DNA from: a virus | Taxonomy: Duplodnaviria > Caudoviricetes | Strand: one strand, 5' to 3' | IMG/VR virus record: IMGVR_UViG_2837218921_000006 | Location: 21,395-85,394 of that record | Length of the DNA stretch: 64,000 nucleotides | Shown here: piece after piece, positions 1 to 10,163 of the stretch | How the letters are laid out: every line of letters starts with the position of its first letter | How positions within the stretch are numbered: the stretch's first letter is position 1 | The notes under the pieces: generated by a model | Databases searched by the model: none | Seen by the model: only the letters and a program-made list of their open reading frames with translations | What the model was told of the DNA's origin: nothing | Made by a program: the position numbers and the translations under genes

Positions 1-142
1 ACCGGCTGCTACATGAGCTTTCGGTGGCATTTCTCTTTTAATCGGAGTAATACTGATATGTTTTTCAGCATATCGCATTGTTGGTTTAAATATTATCCGT
101 AATTTTGTTAATTAAGATGGAATAGCAATCTCAACTCCTGTA

Positions 143-2554
143 ATGATTCTGACGCGATGTATAAGCATATCTATTGATAATGGTGTGACCTTAAATCAGA
201 CCAAGACACGCCGCACTCTCATCGTGCCAAATCAGGCGATTGCAACCTACGTCACCCAGTGGACTTACGACAGCCACAACCGACTCATCGAGATGATCTA
301 TCCCGACGAGGAGAAGGTTACTTATTCCTACAACCTCGGAGGTCTCCTTGAAAAGGTTCGCGGCGAGAAGTCATACGGCTATGACTACATCACCAAGTTA
401 GGCTACGACAAGTTCGAGCAGCGCAGCTACCTGAAGTACTGCAACGGCGCGGAGACATTCTACACCTACGACAACCGTCGCCGCCTGAGCAATCTCGCTG
501 TCAACAGCGGAGGCACATCCATTATGGACAACGCCTATACGTTTGATGCGGTCAGCAATGTACTTTCGGTGGCAAATAATGCTTCTCTCCCTGCCAACGG
601 CAATGCCGGCGGCCAGATGTCGCACACCTATACTTATGACGGTCTCTATCGTCTCGCCACCGCCAAAGGTACATACACCGGAGCAGACAACAAGTCCGCA
701 TCCTATACCCTCGCTATGGGCTATGACAATATGCACCGCATCAAGTCGAAGAGCCAGCATCTCACTCAGGACAACGTTCAGTTCAACGGCACCCTCAATG
801 TCGGTTACGACCTCACTTACGCCTACAGTTCGGAAGAAGGAAAGAAATTCCAACTCGAAAGTGTAAAGGATGTTAATTACCGCACTGAGGAGACTCCCGA
901 AGGTCAACAAGTGGAGAACGGTCACATCTACCAGTACGACAAAAACGGCAACCTTATTTACGTCAACACCAATCGCGTAATGACGGATGGCCATAGAGAT
1001 AACAGTGTCGGAGAGCGCAAGCTTATCTGGGATGAGGAGAATCGTCTGCTTGCTGTTGACGACAACGGCTTCGTGTCCAACTACTGGTACGACGCCGACG
1101 GAGAGCGCACTGTCAAGACATCCGGAGAAAGCGATCAGGTCTATGTCAACGGAGTCTTCTCCGGTGGCTCGACCAACACCGCGAAATTCTCCCTCTATGT
1201 CAGCCCGTACCTCGTGGCTAATCAGGGAGGTCGTTACACCAAACATATCTACGCTGGTTCGCAGAGAATTGTGTCCAAGGTCGGCGATTTCGCCTCCTAC
1301 GGCTCAGACCCGCGCCGCATAGAATATGCCGGTGCCAACACCGACGGCCTTTCGGTTGACTACAAGTCAAAGTATGCAGCGCAGCAGCAGGTTATCAAGG
1401 ACAACTACAAGTTCTTCGATGTACCGTACAACGGCACTGACAACGACAACTATGCTGACGGCGAAGGATTCTGCTGCAATGACGGTTCAATGGAGGCGGC
1501 TGTTGCGCAGGCTCGGAAGGCTCAGACCCGCGCGGTTTCGCGGTCTTTCAAAGATCCCGACAACTACGAGAACTTGCAGTTCTTCTATCACCCCGACCAC
1601 CTCGGAAGTTCCAGCTTCATTACCAACCTTGACGGTGAAGTAGTTCAGCACATCGAGTATGTCCCCTTCGGCGAAGTCTTCATCGAGGAGCGCAACAACG
1701 TGTGGAACACTCCTTATCTCTTCAACGCTAAAGAGTTCGATGAGGAGACAGGTATGTACTACTACGGTGCCCGCTACTATGACCCACGTATCAGCCTGTG
1801 GATGTCAACTGACCCAGCACAAGAAGAATATTATAGCCATTCTTCCTACTGTTTCTCAGGCAATAATCCTATAATATACATAGATTACAATGGAAAAGAA
1901 TGGACTGATTTAGATGGGCAGGTCATAACAGATACTAAGAATATCAAGAAATTCATATTTTATTCAAAAGATTTCAGCAAACAAGCAAAAGTGCAATATA
2001 ATGACGGCATCAAAAAGTATGGAGCTGGAAGTGTAGCCATGAGTCAGACAAGTACTACTCAGGCTTTCTCAGAAGATTGGAAAAATATGAATGGAACTGA
2101 GATTTCTGAAGTATTAATTATGACGCACGGGAAGAATCAATCAATTCTTGTTGGTGAAGGTCAGCAGTTTACGGCAACAGGAGATGGGAAAACTAATATT
2201 TCAAGGTCTCCTGCTCCAAATATTCAAGATCTTCCTCAACCGACTGGCAATATTGAAAATGCGATGTTATATATGTATTCTTGCCATTCTGCAGACACAA
2301 ATCCACATCCACACGGAGAAGGAGATCATCAACAAGGAGCTTTGCTTGGGTCACAACGACCAATAGCGTATGTATTTGCTCAATATTTCAAATTTTATGG
2401 AGTGCAAGGCACAAGTGAATCTGTAAATTACCATTACGGCTTAATGGATTTATTTTCGCCTTCATCAGATTATTTGCAACCATATCCAGCAAATGGAGGT
2501 AAATGGCGCATTTACTACAATTCCAATAACTCATTAAGAAAGCAGGGCAAATGA
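143..2554 (+). CDS. RHS/YD-repeat protein fragment (orphan core plus C-terminal toxin, caspase-like HG...SC motifs)
   Basis: YD repeats; RHS core motifs HPDHLGS and PYLFNAKEFDEETGMYYYGARYYDP; DYNG boundary followed by an AT-rich variable tail. The N-terminus of a full RHS protein is lacking. Confidence 0.9.
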   Translation: MILTRCISISIDNGVTLNQTKTRRTLIVPNQAIATYVTQWTYDSHNRLIEMIYPDEEKVTYSYNLGGLLEKVRGEKSYGYDYITKLGYDKFEQRSYLKYCNGAETFYTYDNRRRLSNLAVNSGGTSIMDNAYTFDAVSNVLSVANNASLPANGNAGGQMSHTYTYDGLYRLATAKGTYTGADNKSASYTLAMGYDNMHRIKSKSQHLTQDNVQFNGTLNVGYDLTYAYSSEEGKKFQLESVKDVNYRTEETPEGQQVENGHIYQYDKNGNLIYVNTNRVMTDGHRDNSVGERKLIWDEENRLLAVDDNGFVSNYWYDADGERTVKTSGESDQVYVNGVFSGGSTNTAKFSLYVSPYLVANQGGRYTKHIYAGSQRIVSKVGDFASYGSDPRRIEYAGANTDGLSVDYKSKYAAQQQVIKDNYKFFDVPYNGTDNDNYADGEGFCCNDGSMEAAVAQARKAQTRAVSRSFKDPDNYENLQFFYHPDHLGSSSFITNLDGEVVQHIEYVPFGEVFIEERNNVWNTPYLFNAKEFDEETGMYYYGARYYDPRISLWMSTDPAQEEYYSHSSYCFSGNNPIIYIDYNGKEWTDLDGQVITDTKNIKKFIFYSKDFSKQAKVQYNDGIKKYGAGSVAMSQTSTTQAFSEDWKNMNGTEISEVLIMTHGKNQSILVGEGQQFTATGDGKTNISRSPAPNIQDLPQPTGNIENAMLYMYSCHSADTNPHPHGEGDHQQGALLGSQRPIAYVFAQYFKFYGVQGTSESVNYHYGLMDLFSPSSDYLQPYPANGGKWRIYYNSNNSLRKQGK

Positions 2555-3885
2555 CAAAAAAAAGACTTTTTCTCATTGTCGTATTTACTGCGACAATAGT
2601 CTTAAGTCTACTCTCTATCGCTTATAGCAAGCACTATATCAAATATAGTGCTTGCTATAAGCTCACTACACTTAAGACTCCGTACTATCCTGATGCCTAT
2701 AGGTTTATAAATACTAAAGAAGATCTTGAGGTTTGTATTGAATCGGTGAACGATACTGTTGATGTTAAGAATTTCATTGAGTCCAATAAAATAGACTTTA
2801 GAAGATATTCCTATGTGATGGTATTTGGTGCCCCTATTAAGGAGATGTATTATAGTTTAAAAACAACTATTTTTGACGATAAATCACCAAGTTATGCAAA
2901 AGCAATAAAATACAATAAAAAATGTGTTTTTATAAAATATGCTCATCCAACCGGGTATATATATATATACCGAATAAAAAAGGACCTAAGCCTAACAGGT
3001 TTCAATGGAATCTAATGGCATAGTCTATGTAAACACCAACCGGGTTATGACTGACGGACATAGGGACAACAGTGTCGGTGAGCGCAAGCTCATCTGGGAT
3101 GAGGAGAATCGTCTGCTTGCTGTGGACGACAACGGTTTCGTGTCCAACTACTGGTACGATGCCGATGGTGAACGCACTGTCAAGACTTCGGGCGAAAGCG
3201 ATCAGGTCTATGTCAACGGAGTTTTCTCCGGCGGCTCGACCAACACCGCTAAATTCTCCCTCTATGTAAGCCCGTATCTCGTGGCAAATCAGGGAGGTCG
3301 CTACACCAAGCATATCTACGCCGGTAGCCAACGCATCGTGTCCAAGGTCGGCGATTTCGCCTCCTACGGCTCAGACCCGCGTCGCATCGAGTATGCCGGT
3401 GCGAACACCGACGGTCTTTCGGTTGACTACAAATCGAAGTATGCAGCCCAGCAACAGGTAATCAAGGACAACTACAAGTTCTTCGATGTTCCCTACAACG
3501 GTACTGACAATGACAACTATGCCGATGGTGAAGGGTTCTGCTGCAACGACGGCTCTATGGAGGCGGCGGTGGCAGAGGCACGGAAGTCTCAGACCCGCGC
3601 GGTTTCGCGGTCGTTCAAAGACCCCGACAACTACGAGAACTTGCAGTTCTTCTATCATTCCGACCACCTCGGCAGCTCCAGCTTCATCACCAACCTTGAC
3701 GGTGAAGTGGTTCAGCACATAGAGTATGTCCCCTTCGGAGAGGTCTTCATCGAGGAGCGAAACAACGTATGGAACACGCCTTATCTCTTCAACGCGAAGG
3801 AATTCGATGAGGAAACAGGTATGTACTACTACGGTGCTCGTTACTATGATCCACGTCTCAGTCTGTGGATGTCAACGGATCCAAT
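943..3885 (+). repeat. ~870 bp direct repeat of RHS core DNA (943-~1815 and ~3013-3885)
   Basis: Near-identical sequence with mostly synonymous differences. Confidence 0.9.
2551..3015 (+). CDS. Putative immunity protein 1 (N-terminal signal/TM)
   Basis: AT-rich ORF overlapping the toxin stop (ATGA); hydrophobic N-terminus. Confidence 0.7.
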   Translation: MTKKRLFLIVVFTATIVLSLLSIAYSKHYIKYSACYKLTTLKTPYYPDAYRFINTKEDLEVCIESVNDTVDVKNFIESNKIDFRRYSYVMVFGAPIKEMYYSLKTTIFDDKSPSYAKAIKYNKKCVFIKYAHPTGYIYIYRIKKDLSLTGFNGI

Positions 3886-4600
3886 GGAAGAAATTTCGCC
3901 CGATATATCCAGTTATACTTTTTGTCATAACAATCCGATAAATCGTGTTGACCCATTAGGATTAACTGACTATTTTAACGAAAATGGAGCATATATTCAA
4001 ACCATAGATGATCAAAAAGATGTCAGGGTAATGGTTTTTATAACGAAGAAGGATAAGGATAAAGCTGCACTCGCAGTCAGCGAAGGCAAATGTATGGCTG
4101 TTCCATCAAGAGAAGTTGTAAAGACCATGAAAGAAACATATGATCTAACCGAGAAAACCGGCAATGAACATGGTTTCCGGGTTGGAAAAAACGGCACGAT
4201 TTCCCCAATTGTTGAGGGAGAGGGCGATGTTGTTAACGATGCTCACTGGAAAGATGCAATTGACGCTCTTGTCAACGTTGGAGACAGGGTTTCCTATGAT
4301 GTGCATTCTCACCCGCAGTTAATCTTCCATGAAGGTGATAGCAAGTTATTATACAATAATTTACCCTCTCAAACTGACATAGATAATACTGTTGGAGATA
4401 GTCCTAATGTAGTATTAGGTTATAAGATGGTTCAGCTTCCTAATAATCATAATACAATTGGTGGTTCACCAAATGTAACCGTTGAAAAACGAATACGATT
4501 CTATAACAGGACTGGGGCATTGAACTCTGACAATTACAAATTCTCATCATTTGAGAGAGCTGTAGATAAGATTCATAAATGGAAACCAAAGACAAAATAG
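3005..4600 (+). CDS. Orphan RHS core plus JAB/MPN-like toxin tip
   Basis: Core nearly identical in protein to 943-1815; DPLG boundary; tip has E...HSHP...PS..D motif. Confidence 0.88.
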   Translation: MESNGIVYVNTNRVMTDGHRDNSVGERKLIWDEENRLLAVDDNGFVSNYWYDADGERTVKTSGESDQVYVNGVFSGGSTNTAKFSLYVSPYLVANQGGRYTKHIYAGSQRIVSKVGDFASYGSDPRRIEYAGANTDGLSVDYKSKYAAQQQVIKDNYKFFDVPYNGTDNDNYADGEGFCCNDGSMEAAVAEARKSQTRAVSRSFKDPDNYENLQFFYHSDHLGSSSFITNLDGEVVQHIEYVPFGEVFIEERNNVWNTPYLFNAKEFDEETGMYYYGARYYDPRLSLWMSTDPMEEISPDISSYTFCHNNPINRVDPLGLTDYFNENGAYIQTIDDQKDVRVMVFITKKDKDKAALAVSEGKCMAVPSREVVKTMKETYDLTEKTGNEHGFRVGKNGTISPIVEGEGDVVNDAHWKDAIDALVNVGDRVSYDVHSHPQLIFHEGDSKLLYNNLPSQTDIDNTVGDSPNVVLGYKMVQLPNNHNTIGGSPNVTVEKRIRFYNRTGALNSDNYKFSSFERAVDKIHKWKPKTK

Positions 4601-5118
4601 CTATTAAATTAGCAATTATGTTAATTGGTGTATGCACCCTGATTTCTTGTAAAGCAATTATCTCCCCCAACACGAATGGGGGAGATGATTACTCTCTCAT
4701 AAAAGTATTAGGATATGCCTATGCCAATCCAAGTTCTGGTGATACAATTAATACCATACCATCATATTCTTTCAATTTGCCTAAAAAAATGGTAAAAAGG
4801 GTGGATTATGATATGGGGATAACTGTTGTAGAACTCAAAGATTATCAGTACATTTATATCATATATGAACCAAATAAGTTTTCGGATTATAGTGAACTTA
4901 TTAGTCATCTTAAAGTTTATTTGGAAGAGTCGGACAATTCTCGATTAAATAAACTTAGCAATCACATTAATCTAAATAAAAACACTAAGCGTTTAAATCG
5001 TTTTTACAGAAAAGATAATTTTGAAATTGGCATACTCAATGTCCTTCCTCAAAATTACGAGGACCTTTTTAGTGTGATTGAAAACTCGTTTAATGTACAG
5101 TATCGAAGCCATAATTAG
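4579..5118 (+). CDS. Putative lipoprotein immunity protein 2
   Basis: Overlaps toxin 2 end; lipobox-like LISC after a hydrophobic stretch. Confidence 0.7.
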   Translation: METKDKIAIKLAIMLIGVCTLISCKAIISPNTNGGDDYSLIKVLGYAYANPSSGDTINTIPSYSFNLPKKMVKRVDYDMGITVVELKDYQYIYIIYEPNKFSDYSELISHLKVYLEESDNSRLNKLSNHINLNKNTKRLNRFYRKDNFEIGILNVLPQNYEDLFSVIENSFNVQYRSHN

Positions 5119-5198
5119 GTCATCACGAAATTCTCATATGAGTGTTTGGTGAGATACGATTGATAGATAAACAGAGTTCAATAAAATTCTCTTAGAAT

Positions 5199-5241
5199 TG
5201 AGGCTGGAATCAGGTTTTTACTAAAACTGATTCCAGCCTCA
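5199..5241. terminator. Long hairpin, probable terminator after the RHS array
   Basis: TGAGGCTGGAATCAG...CTGATTCCAGCCTCA. Confidence 0.65.
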
Positions 5242-5399
5242 TAATATAAATGTTTGTCGTTAAGCGTGACGTTCAGAAAATTAAACTATGACAAAATCTT
5301 TTAGGTGAATTAAAATTGGAAAATCTATATGCGGGTAGAATTATAATTTTGTACATCAAAATTCGCCCCTTGAAATTAAATTCACAAAAATTATTCCTA

Positions 5400-5612
5400 T
5401 GTTTTTAATATACCTTCGAAACATATCTATTTGGTATAATTCACAACATCGGTTATTTTGCTCATAAAGTCAACCTCCTCAATCATCAGGTCGTTGATGC
5501 TCTTGGTGAAATTCTTATAATGCCGAGAGCCTTGTATGAAAAGATTGAAAATAGCTTGTGCCGCATTTATTATACCGTAATTGTCCCTTAAATCATCCCG
5601 GACACTCTCAAT
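5400..5612 (-). pseudogene. Fragment of a paralogue of the adjacent TetR-like gene
   Basis: Minus strand reads ESVRDDLRDNYGIINAAQAIFNLFIQGSRHY, matching the C-terminal half of 5663-6205; no start, in-frame stop. Confidence 0.8.
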
Positions 5613-5662
5613 CAGCGTAAAAATAATAGCATATCAAATTTACTGAAATGAATGATATATTA

Positions 5663-6205
5663 TTAATTAGAATCAAAATTCATTGACTCGATAAAGATAT
5701 TTCCGATATTCTCGACATAGACGCGGTTTAGGTCGAGAATGTTGTTTACACGGCCTCCGACTATGCGGCTCATGAAGTCTTGCTCCAGCTGCATCAGTTC
5801 GCCGACGTTTGATGTGAATTGGTCGTAGTGCTTGGAGCCTTGAATGAATAGATTGAAGATTGCCTGTGACGGATTTTCGACACCGTAGTTATCCCTTAAA
5901 TCATCGCGGACTCGCTCAAACGGGGTCTTGTATCTGTTATAGAAGTCGGAGACAGTAGCCTTGGATAGTTTCTCGCGTTCGTCATCCGAGAGCGCGAACA
6001 CCGGGAAGAACAGTTCGTCGAGGATATTGGCGAAAAGAGTCTTTTTATTCTTGAAATAGTATGCGATAGCACCCCTTGTCTGCTTGATTACCTTTTCAAT
6101 ATCGGAAATCGCGATAGCGTCCCAACTGCCGATAGCAACCAGCGGATAGCACTTTCTAAGTATATCCGACCTATTTCTTAACGATTGTTCCCGATGTTTC
6201 GACAT
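5663..6205 (-). CDS. TetR/AcrR-family regulator
   Basis: HTH motif ISDIEK...TRGAIAYYFKNKKTLF. Confidence 0.8.
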   Translation of the reverse strand: MSKHREQSLRNRSDILRKCYPLVAIGSWDAIAISDIEKVIKQTRGAIAYYFKNKKTLFANILDELFFPVFALSDDEREKLSKATVSDFYNRYKTPFERVRDDLRDNYGVENPSQAIFNLFIQGSKHYDQFTSNVGELMQLEQDFMSRIVGGRVNNILDLNRVYVENIGNIFIESMNFDSN

Positions 6206-6386
6206 TACGCAAAAAGGGTATGGAGAAGCGTCGTATCTAACACGAGGGTTGTTGTGGAAGACCTGTAAGAAAGATACGGCGCAACCCCATACCCGTATGA
6301 CGTATGGACTCGCGTTTCATATCTATCCGTCTTCTTACTAAAATTTTCCACGCAAAATGCGGATAATGCAGAAAATGCAGAGGAAA

Positions 6387-6992
6387 TTATGCTGTTATCA
6401 ATTTTAGGTCGAAGAAGAAAATCCGGCTTTTCAAATCCTCATCGGCAGATATGCCAAACGCATCTTTCTCTCCTTGCTCGGTCTTATATAGAGGCTTAAA
6501 GCCGTTTTTCAGGTAGTAATGCAGAGTGGATTCGGTATTGTAGGCATCAACGAGCATATAGCGGCAAGCCGCCTTATTATTCTCGTCCATAAACCAGTAT
6601 TTGAGGACATCCATGAGCTGAGTGCCTATATTCAATCCTTGACCTTGAAATGTCTTGTTCACACCGAGGCGACCAATCAACACCGCAGGATAGCTGCGGT
6701 GGCGCTTTTGCTGGGGTATCTTTCGTTGGAGAGCATTTCGTGACGGATTGTCGAGTGTATAGGTCTTAATGCCATCGTAGGAGAGAGTGGCAATCGCCAC
6801 AATTTCACGCTGATTCTCTCGGTTTATCCAACAATACGTTTTGCCAAGCAATTCATCCTCATAGAGAAAGACATCATGGCTGAAAAAATCGTCAAGGTCG
6901 TAATCTCCACAAGAAAAGGGGTCACAGTAATCTGCGACCTCCTTGGTATAAGGCACCATAAAGGTGTTTTCTACGAAAATAAATTCAGCCAT
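6387..6992 (-). CDS. GNAT acetyltransferase (toxin-like)
   Basis: FSCGDYDLDDFF, PAVLIGRLGV..FQGQG..IG, VDAYN, YLKNGF motifs. Confidence 0.85.
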   Translation of the reverse strand: MAEFIFVENTFMVPYTKEVADYCDPFSCGDYDLDDFFSHDVFLYEDELLGKTYCWINRENQREIVAIATLSYDGIKTYTLDNPSRNALQRKIPQQKRHRSYPAVLIGRLGVNKTFQGQGLNIGTQLMDVLKYWFMDENNKAACRYMLVDAYNTESTLHYYLKNGFKPLYKTEQGEKDAFGISADEDLKSRIFFFDLKLITA

Positions 6993-6994
6993 TG

Positions 6995-7174
6995 TCAATT
7001 TTTCCGTGGAGGAAATATGATGTTCTTGGCACTCTCCAACATTGTGGAAAGCACCTTACGCTGTGATTCCGAGAGTTTTGGCGTAGGCAATTTGCCATTG
7101 CGCTCCGCTTCCTCGGTGAAGATTCTTGCATCTTCGCCCCAAAGTTCGGGGGATGTTTTAATTGTCATTGCCAT
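6995..7174 (-). CDS. Small 59-aa protein upstream of the GNAT (putative antitoxin)
   Basis: Read manually: MAMTIKTSPELWGEDARIFTEEAERNGK...; ends 2 nt before the GNAT ATG; TACCTTTG promoter upstream (~7205-7212). Confidence 0.7.
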   Translation of the reverse strand: MAMTIKTSPELWGEDARIFTEEAERNGKLPTPKLSESQRKVLSTMLESAKNIIFPPRKN

Positions 7175-7257
7175 AGTTTTATCTCCTTTTACTAATTCAA
7201 TTACAAAGGTACAACAAATTTCTCACATAATCAGCTTAATAGGCTGATAAAATAACA

Positions 7258-8604
7258 TCAGTCGAGCAAGCTGACAAGTTCTTTTTTCAGATCCTCGTCA
7301 ATCTCCCTGTATCTGGCGAAAGCCTTGCTGCCCTCTTTATGCCCTGACAAAGCCCCAACAAGACTGGGATCCTTGACTTTCTTGTATAGATTGCCGATGA
7401 ATGTACGCCGTGCCATGTGGCTGCTTGCAATCTCATTTATCGGGCGTTTCTCCTCTTCCCCGGTCTTTGGATTGCGTACAGTCACCATTCGGGTTATCTC
7501 GCAGAGAGTGAATATCTTTTTTATTGCCTCGTTGTATTTCTGTGCGCTGATGAAAGGAAACAGTTTCTCAGCTCCTTTGGCAGAATATTTCTCCACCAAT
7601 TGCCGTGCGCGTGTATTCAGTGGCACTCGTACAACCTCCGGGCGTTCATTCTTGGTCTTGTTGGGGATGTACTCGATTGCACCGTTTATGATGCTTCCCG
7701 ACGTCATTTCCAACAAGTCCGACACTCGGCAACCGATAAGGCACTGAAAAACAAATATGTCGCGTTGCACCTCCAAAGCCGGTTTATCCGACAGGTCGAA
7801 ATCGGCTATCAAATCGCGCTCCTCTATTGTGATATAGTAAGGAGTGCCGTATTTCTCACTGCCTATACCTGTGAAAGTTGCGAACGGAGTGCGGTCGAGA
7901 TAGCCACGTCTCACACACCAGTTGAAGAAAGCCCGAAGCCTTTTTAGTATCCCTATGACAGAATTCTCGCCGCGTTTCTCCGGGCGACGGGGCTTACGTG
8001 CAGTCTCAACGACATCAGAGGCGGTCTTGTATATTGAGGGATATTTGTCATAAATTTTCGGCTCATTGACCACAAATTCCTTGAACCGCTCTATCTCAGC
8101 GGAATCAAAGTCGTTGAGAATAAGCGTGAACTTTGTCCGGGTCGTTTTCTGCCTGTACAGCTCAAAGCGACGCAACAGTCGGGCAAGCACCTTGTAGTGG
8201 CCTGACAGTGGTGCGCCGTCAAGATGCTTGTCGAGAAATTCATTGAACACATCGAAAAACGACATCTTCTTCGGAGCGGCCTCAAACAGTTCCGGGTGGT
8301 GGTGACGCAGAATAGCGTCCTCGAAAAATTCTTTGGAGAGAGACTTTTGTGGTGTGCTTACACAGAGCGAAATCAGTCGGCTCTCCAAAGATATCAGATT
8401 GTCATTTATTATTTGTAACTTTGCTAGTGTCTTTCGGTCTGCGCGTGGCATAATGATCTTACCGTCACGAAAACGGGTAGCCTCAACAAAGATGCCGCTT
8501 TTCAGGCGCAGACGCAGTTCGCGCGACACCGACAGTCGCAACATGATTTCAGCTTCGCCATTGGCGTTGACCTTAGAGGATAGAGAGCGTGTTATGGTTG
8601 CCAT
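7258..8604 (-). CDS. Tyrosine integrase (element 1)
   Basis: GCRVSD, HMARRTF, LSGH, FARY catalytic motifs; N-terminal arm-binding region. Confidence 0.92.
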   Translation of the reverse strand: MATITRSLSSKVNANGEAEIMLRLSVSRELRLRLKSGIFVEATRFRDGKIIMPRADRKTLAKLQIINDNLISLESRLISLCVSTPQKSLSKEFFEDAILRHHHPELFEAAPKKMSFFDVFNEFLDKHLDGAPLSGHYKVLARLLRRFELYRQKTTRTKFTLILNDFDSAEIERFKEFVVNEPKIYDKYPSIYKTASDVVETARKPRRPEKRGENSVIGILKRLRAFFNWCVRRGYLDRTPFATFTGIGSEKYGTPYYITIEERDLIADFDLSDKPALEVQRDIFVFQCLIGCRVSDLLEMTSGSIINGAIEYIPNKTKNERPEVVRVPLNTRARQLVEKYSAKGAEKLFPFISAQKYNEAIKKIFTLCEITRMVTVRNPKTGEEEKRPINEIASSHMARRTFIGNLYKKVKDPSLVGALSGHKEGSKAFARYREIDEDLKKELVSLLD

Positions 8605-8835
8605 ATTCAGAGAGATTATTTTGATGTGGTACAAAATTACGCAATTTTGTACCACATGGCAAAATTTCCGTCCACGCTTTGTCCACATCTTCTGCCTCTA
8701 CTTGCGCCCTGATGATTTCCAAAGTTCAATGTCTCGAATGGCTTTGTTATGATAAGGCGCTGATAATCAATCAATACGTAATAATTAGCTTTGAATGCTA
8801 AAATTCATTACGATTCAATACGATTCACAAATGTC

Positions 8836-8911
8836 ACTCCCAGGCGGATCACGATAAGATTTATCAAATCGAAGAAAACCTCTGAAAATCAACGATTTTC
8901 GGAGGTTTTGC
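8836..8911 (+). other. Probable att core (tRNA 3'-end-like ACTCCCAGGCGGATCAC) with downstream hairpin
   Basis: Lies between two divergent integrases; resembles a T-arm/acceptor 3' end; AAAACCTCTGAAAATC..GATTTTCGGAGGTTTT hairpin follows. Confidence 0.55.
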
Positions 8912-8963
8912 TTTTTGCCTCTTACCCCAAATCGGCGCAATATACGGCAATATCCGGTGTGCA

Positions 8964-9266
8964 AAAAGGGAGCAAAGAATTTTATACTGAAATTGCTCCC
9001 TTTTTAGGGGATATTGGGTTGCTTTTCAATATTTTGCGCCGATTGCGACTACTTTATACCTGCTTCCTGAGGGAGCTTCAGAGGGAACAGTATGCAGACA
9101 ATACAGCACTTTTGTCAAAGTATGCCAAACTCTGAATCCGGCTTGTCAACCACCTGTCGGCACTTTCTTTTTTAAGAATATTCCATTTGAATAATTGTTA
9201 AAAAAGGGAGCAAATCGGGGAGCAAATCAGCGAAAACCATAGAAAATATGATTTTGCTCCCTCTTT
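8964..9266. repeat. GGGAGCAAA direct/inverted repeats (arm-type integrase sites)
   Basis: Copies at ~8968, 8992 (inverted), 9206, 9218, 9253 (inverted). Confidence 0.6.
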
Positions 9267-9360
9267 ACACCCCGTTTTTCTGATGTCTTCTGGTATTTAC
9301 AGATTGTAAAACTGAAAAATTTTGCGTATCTTTAAGATACCATTAAAGCCACAAGACAAA

Positions 9361-10163
9361 ATGAAACTATCCAATGAAAGCTACTTTTCCTTGAACTTCA
9401 TCGCGAGGAAAAGAGCCAACAAGGAGGGTGAGCTGCCGATAACCCTCCGTATCACGATGAACGGACAGCGTGCAGAAATATATATTAACCGCACTGTCAG
9501 ACCCGATGACTGGAATGCCGCGAATGGTAAGTCAAAAGGCAAGTCAAAGAAAGACCTTGAGCTTAACCGCTATCTTGACACGGTGCGCACCAAGATCTGC
9601 GAAATCCACAACCGGCTCGTTATGCGTGACGAGCCGATAAATCCGGATGTGCTTAAACGAGCGTTCCTCGGCAAGCTCGAAAAGCCCAAGATGCTTTGCG
9701 AGGCTTTCCGTGAGGTTAACGTGAAAGTGAGGGAACAGTATGAGCGCGGCGACATCTGCAAGGCTACCGTGCTTCGCTGGGAACGCTGCGAGAAGTATCT
9801 GTCAGAATTTCTGATGATGAAGGAGAATGTGTCCGATATTCCGATGAAGAACCTTACATCGGGAATGGTGGATGACTTCGAGCATTTCCTGCGTGTAAGA
9901 AAAATGTGCGCCAACAATGCCGCCGTGAAGTATATCCGCTATCTGAAGAATGTCGTGAGGGTCGGTATCGCCAACAAGTGGATTGATGACGATCCGTTTA
10001 TCGGCAAGCGTTATACCCGCACAAAGGCTGACAGGGAATTTCTGAGCGAAAACGAGCTGAAAGCGATAATGAAGCTCGACCTTACGACACTCCCCCGTCT
10101 TGACCTCGTGCGTGACACATTCGTGTTCTGCTGCTTCTGCGGACTTGCCTTCGCTGACATATA
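9361..10163 (+). pseudogene. Tyrosine integrase (element 2) truncated by prophage insertion
   Basis: Arm and SAM-like domains up to CFCGLAFADI, then unrelated sequence; HxxR and Tyr missing. Confidence 0.85.

Noticed and set aside
143-200. ATG at 143 as a true RHS start
   Set aside because: The first ~19 codons are AT-rich flanking DNA in frame with a mid-RHS fragment.
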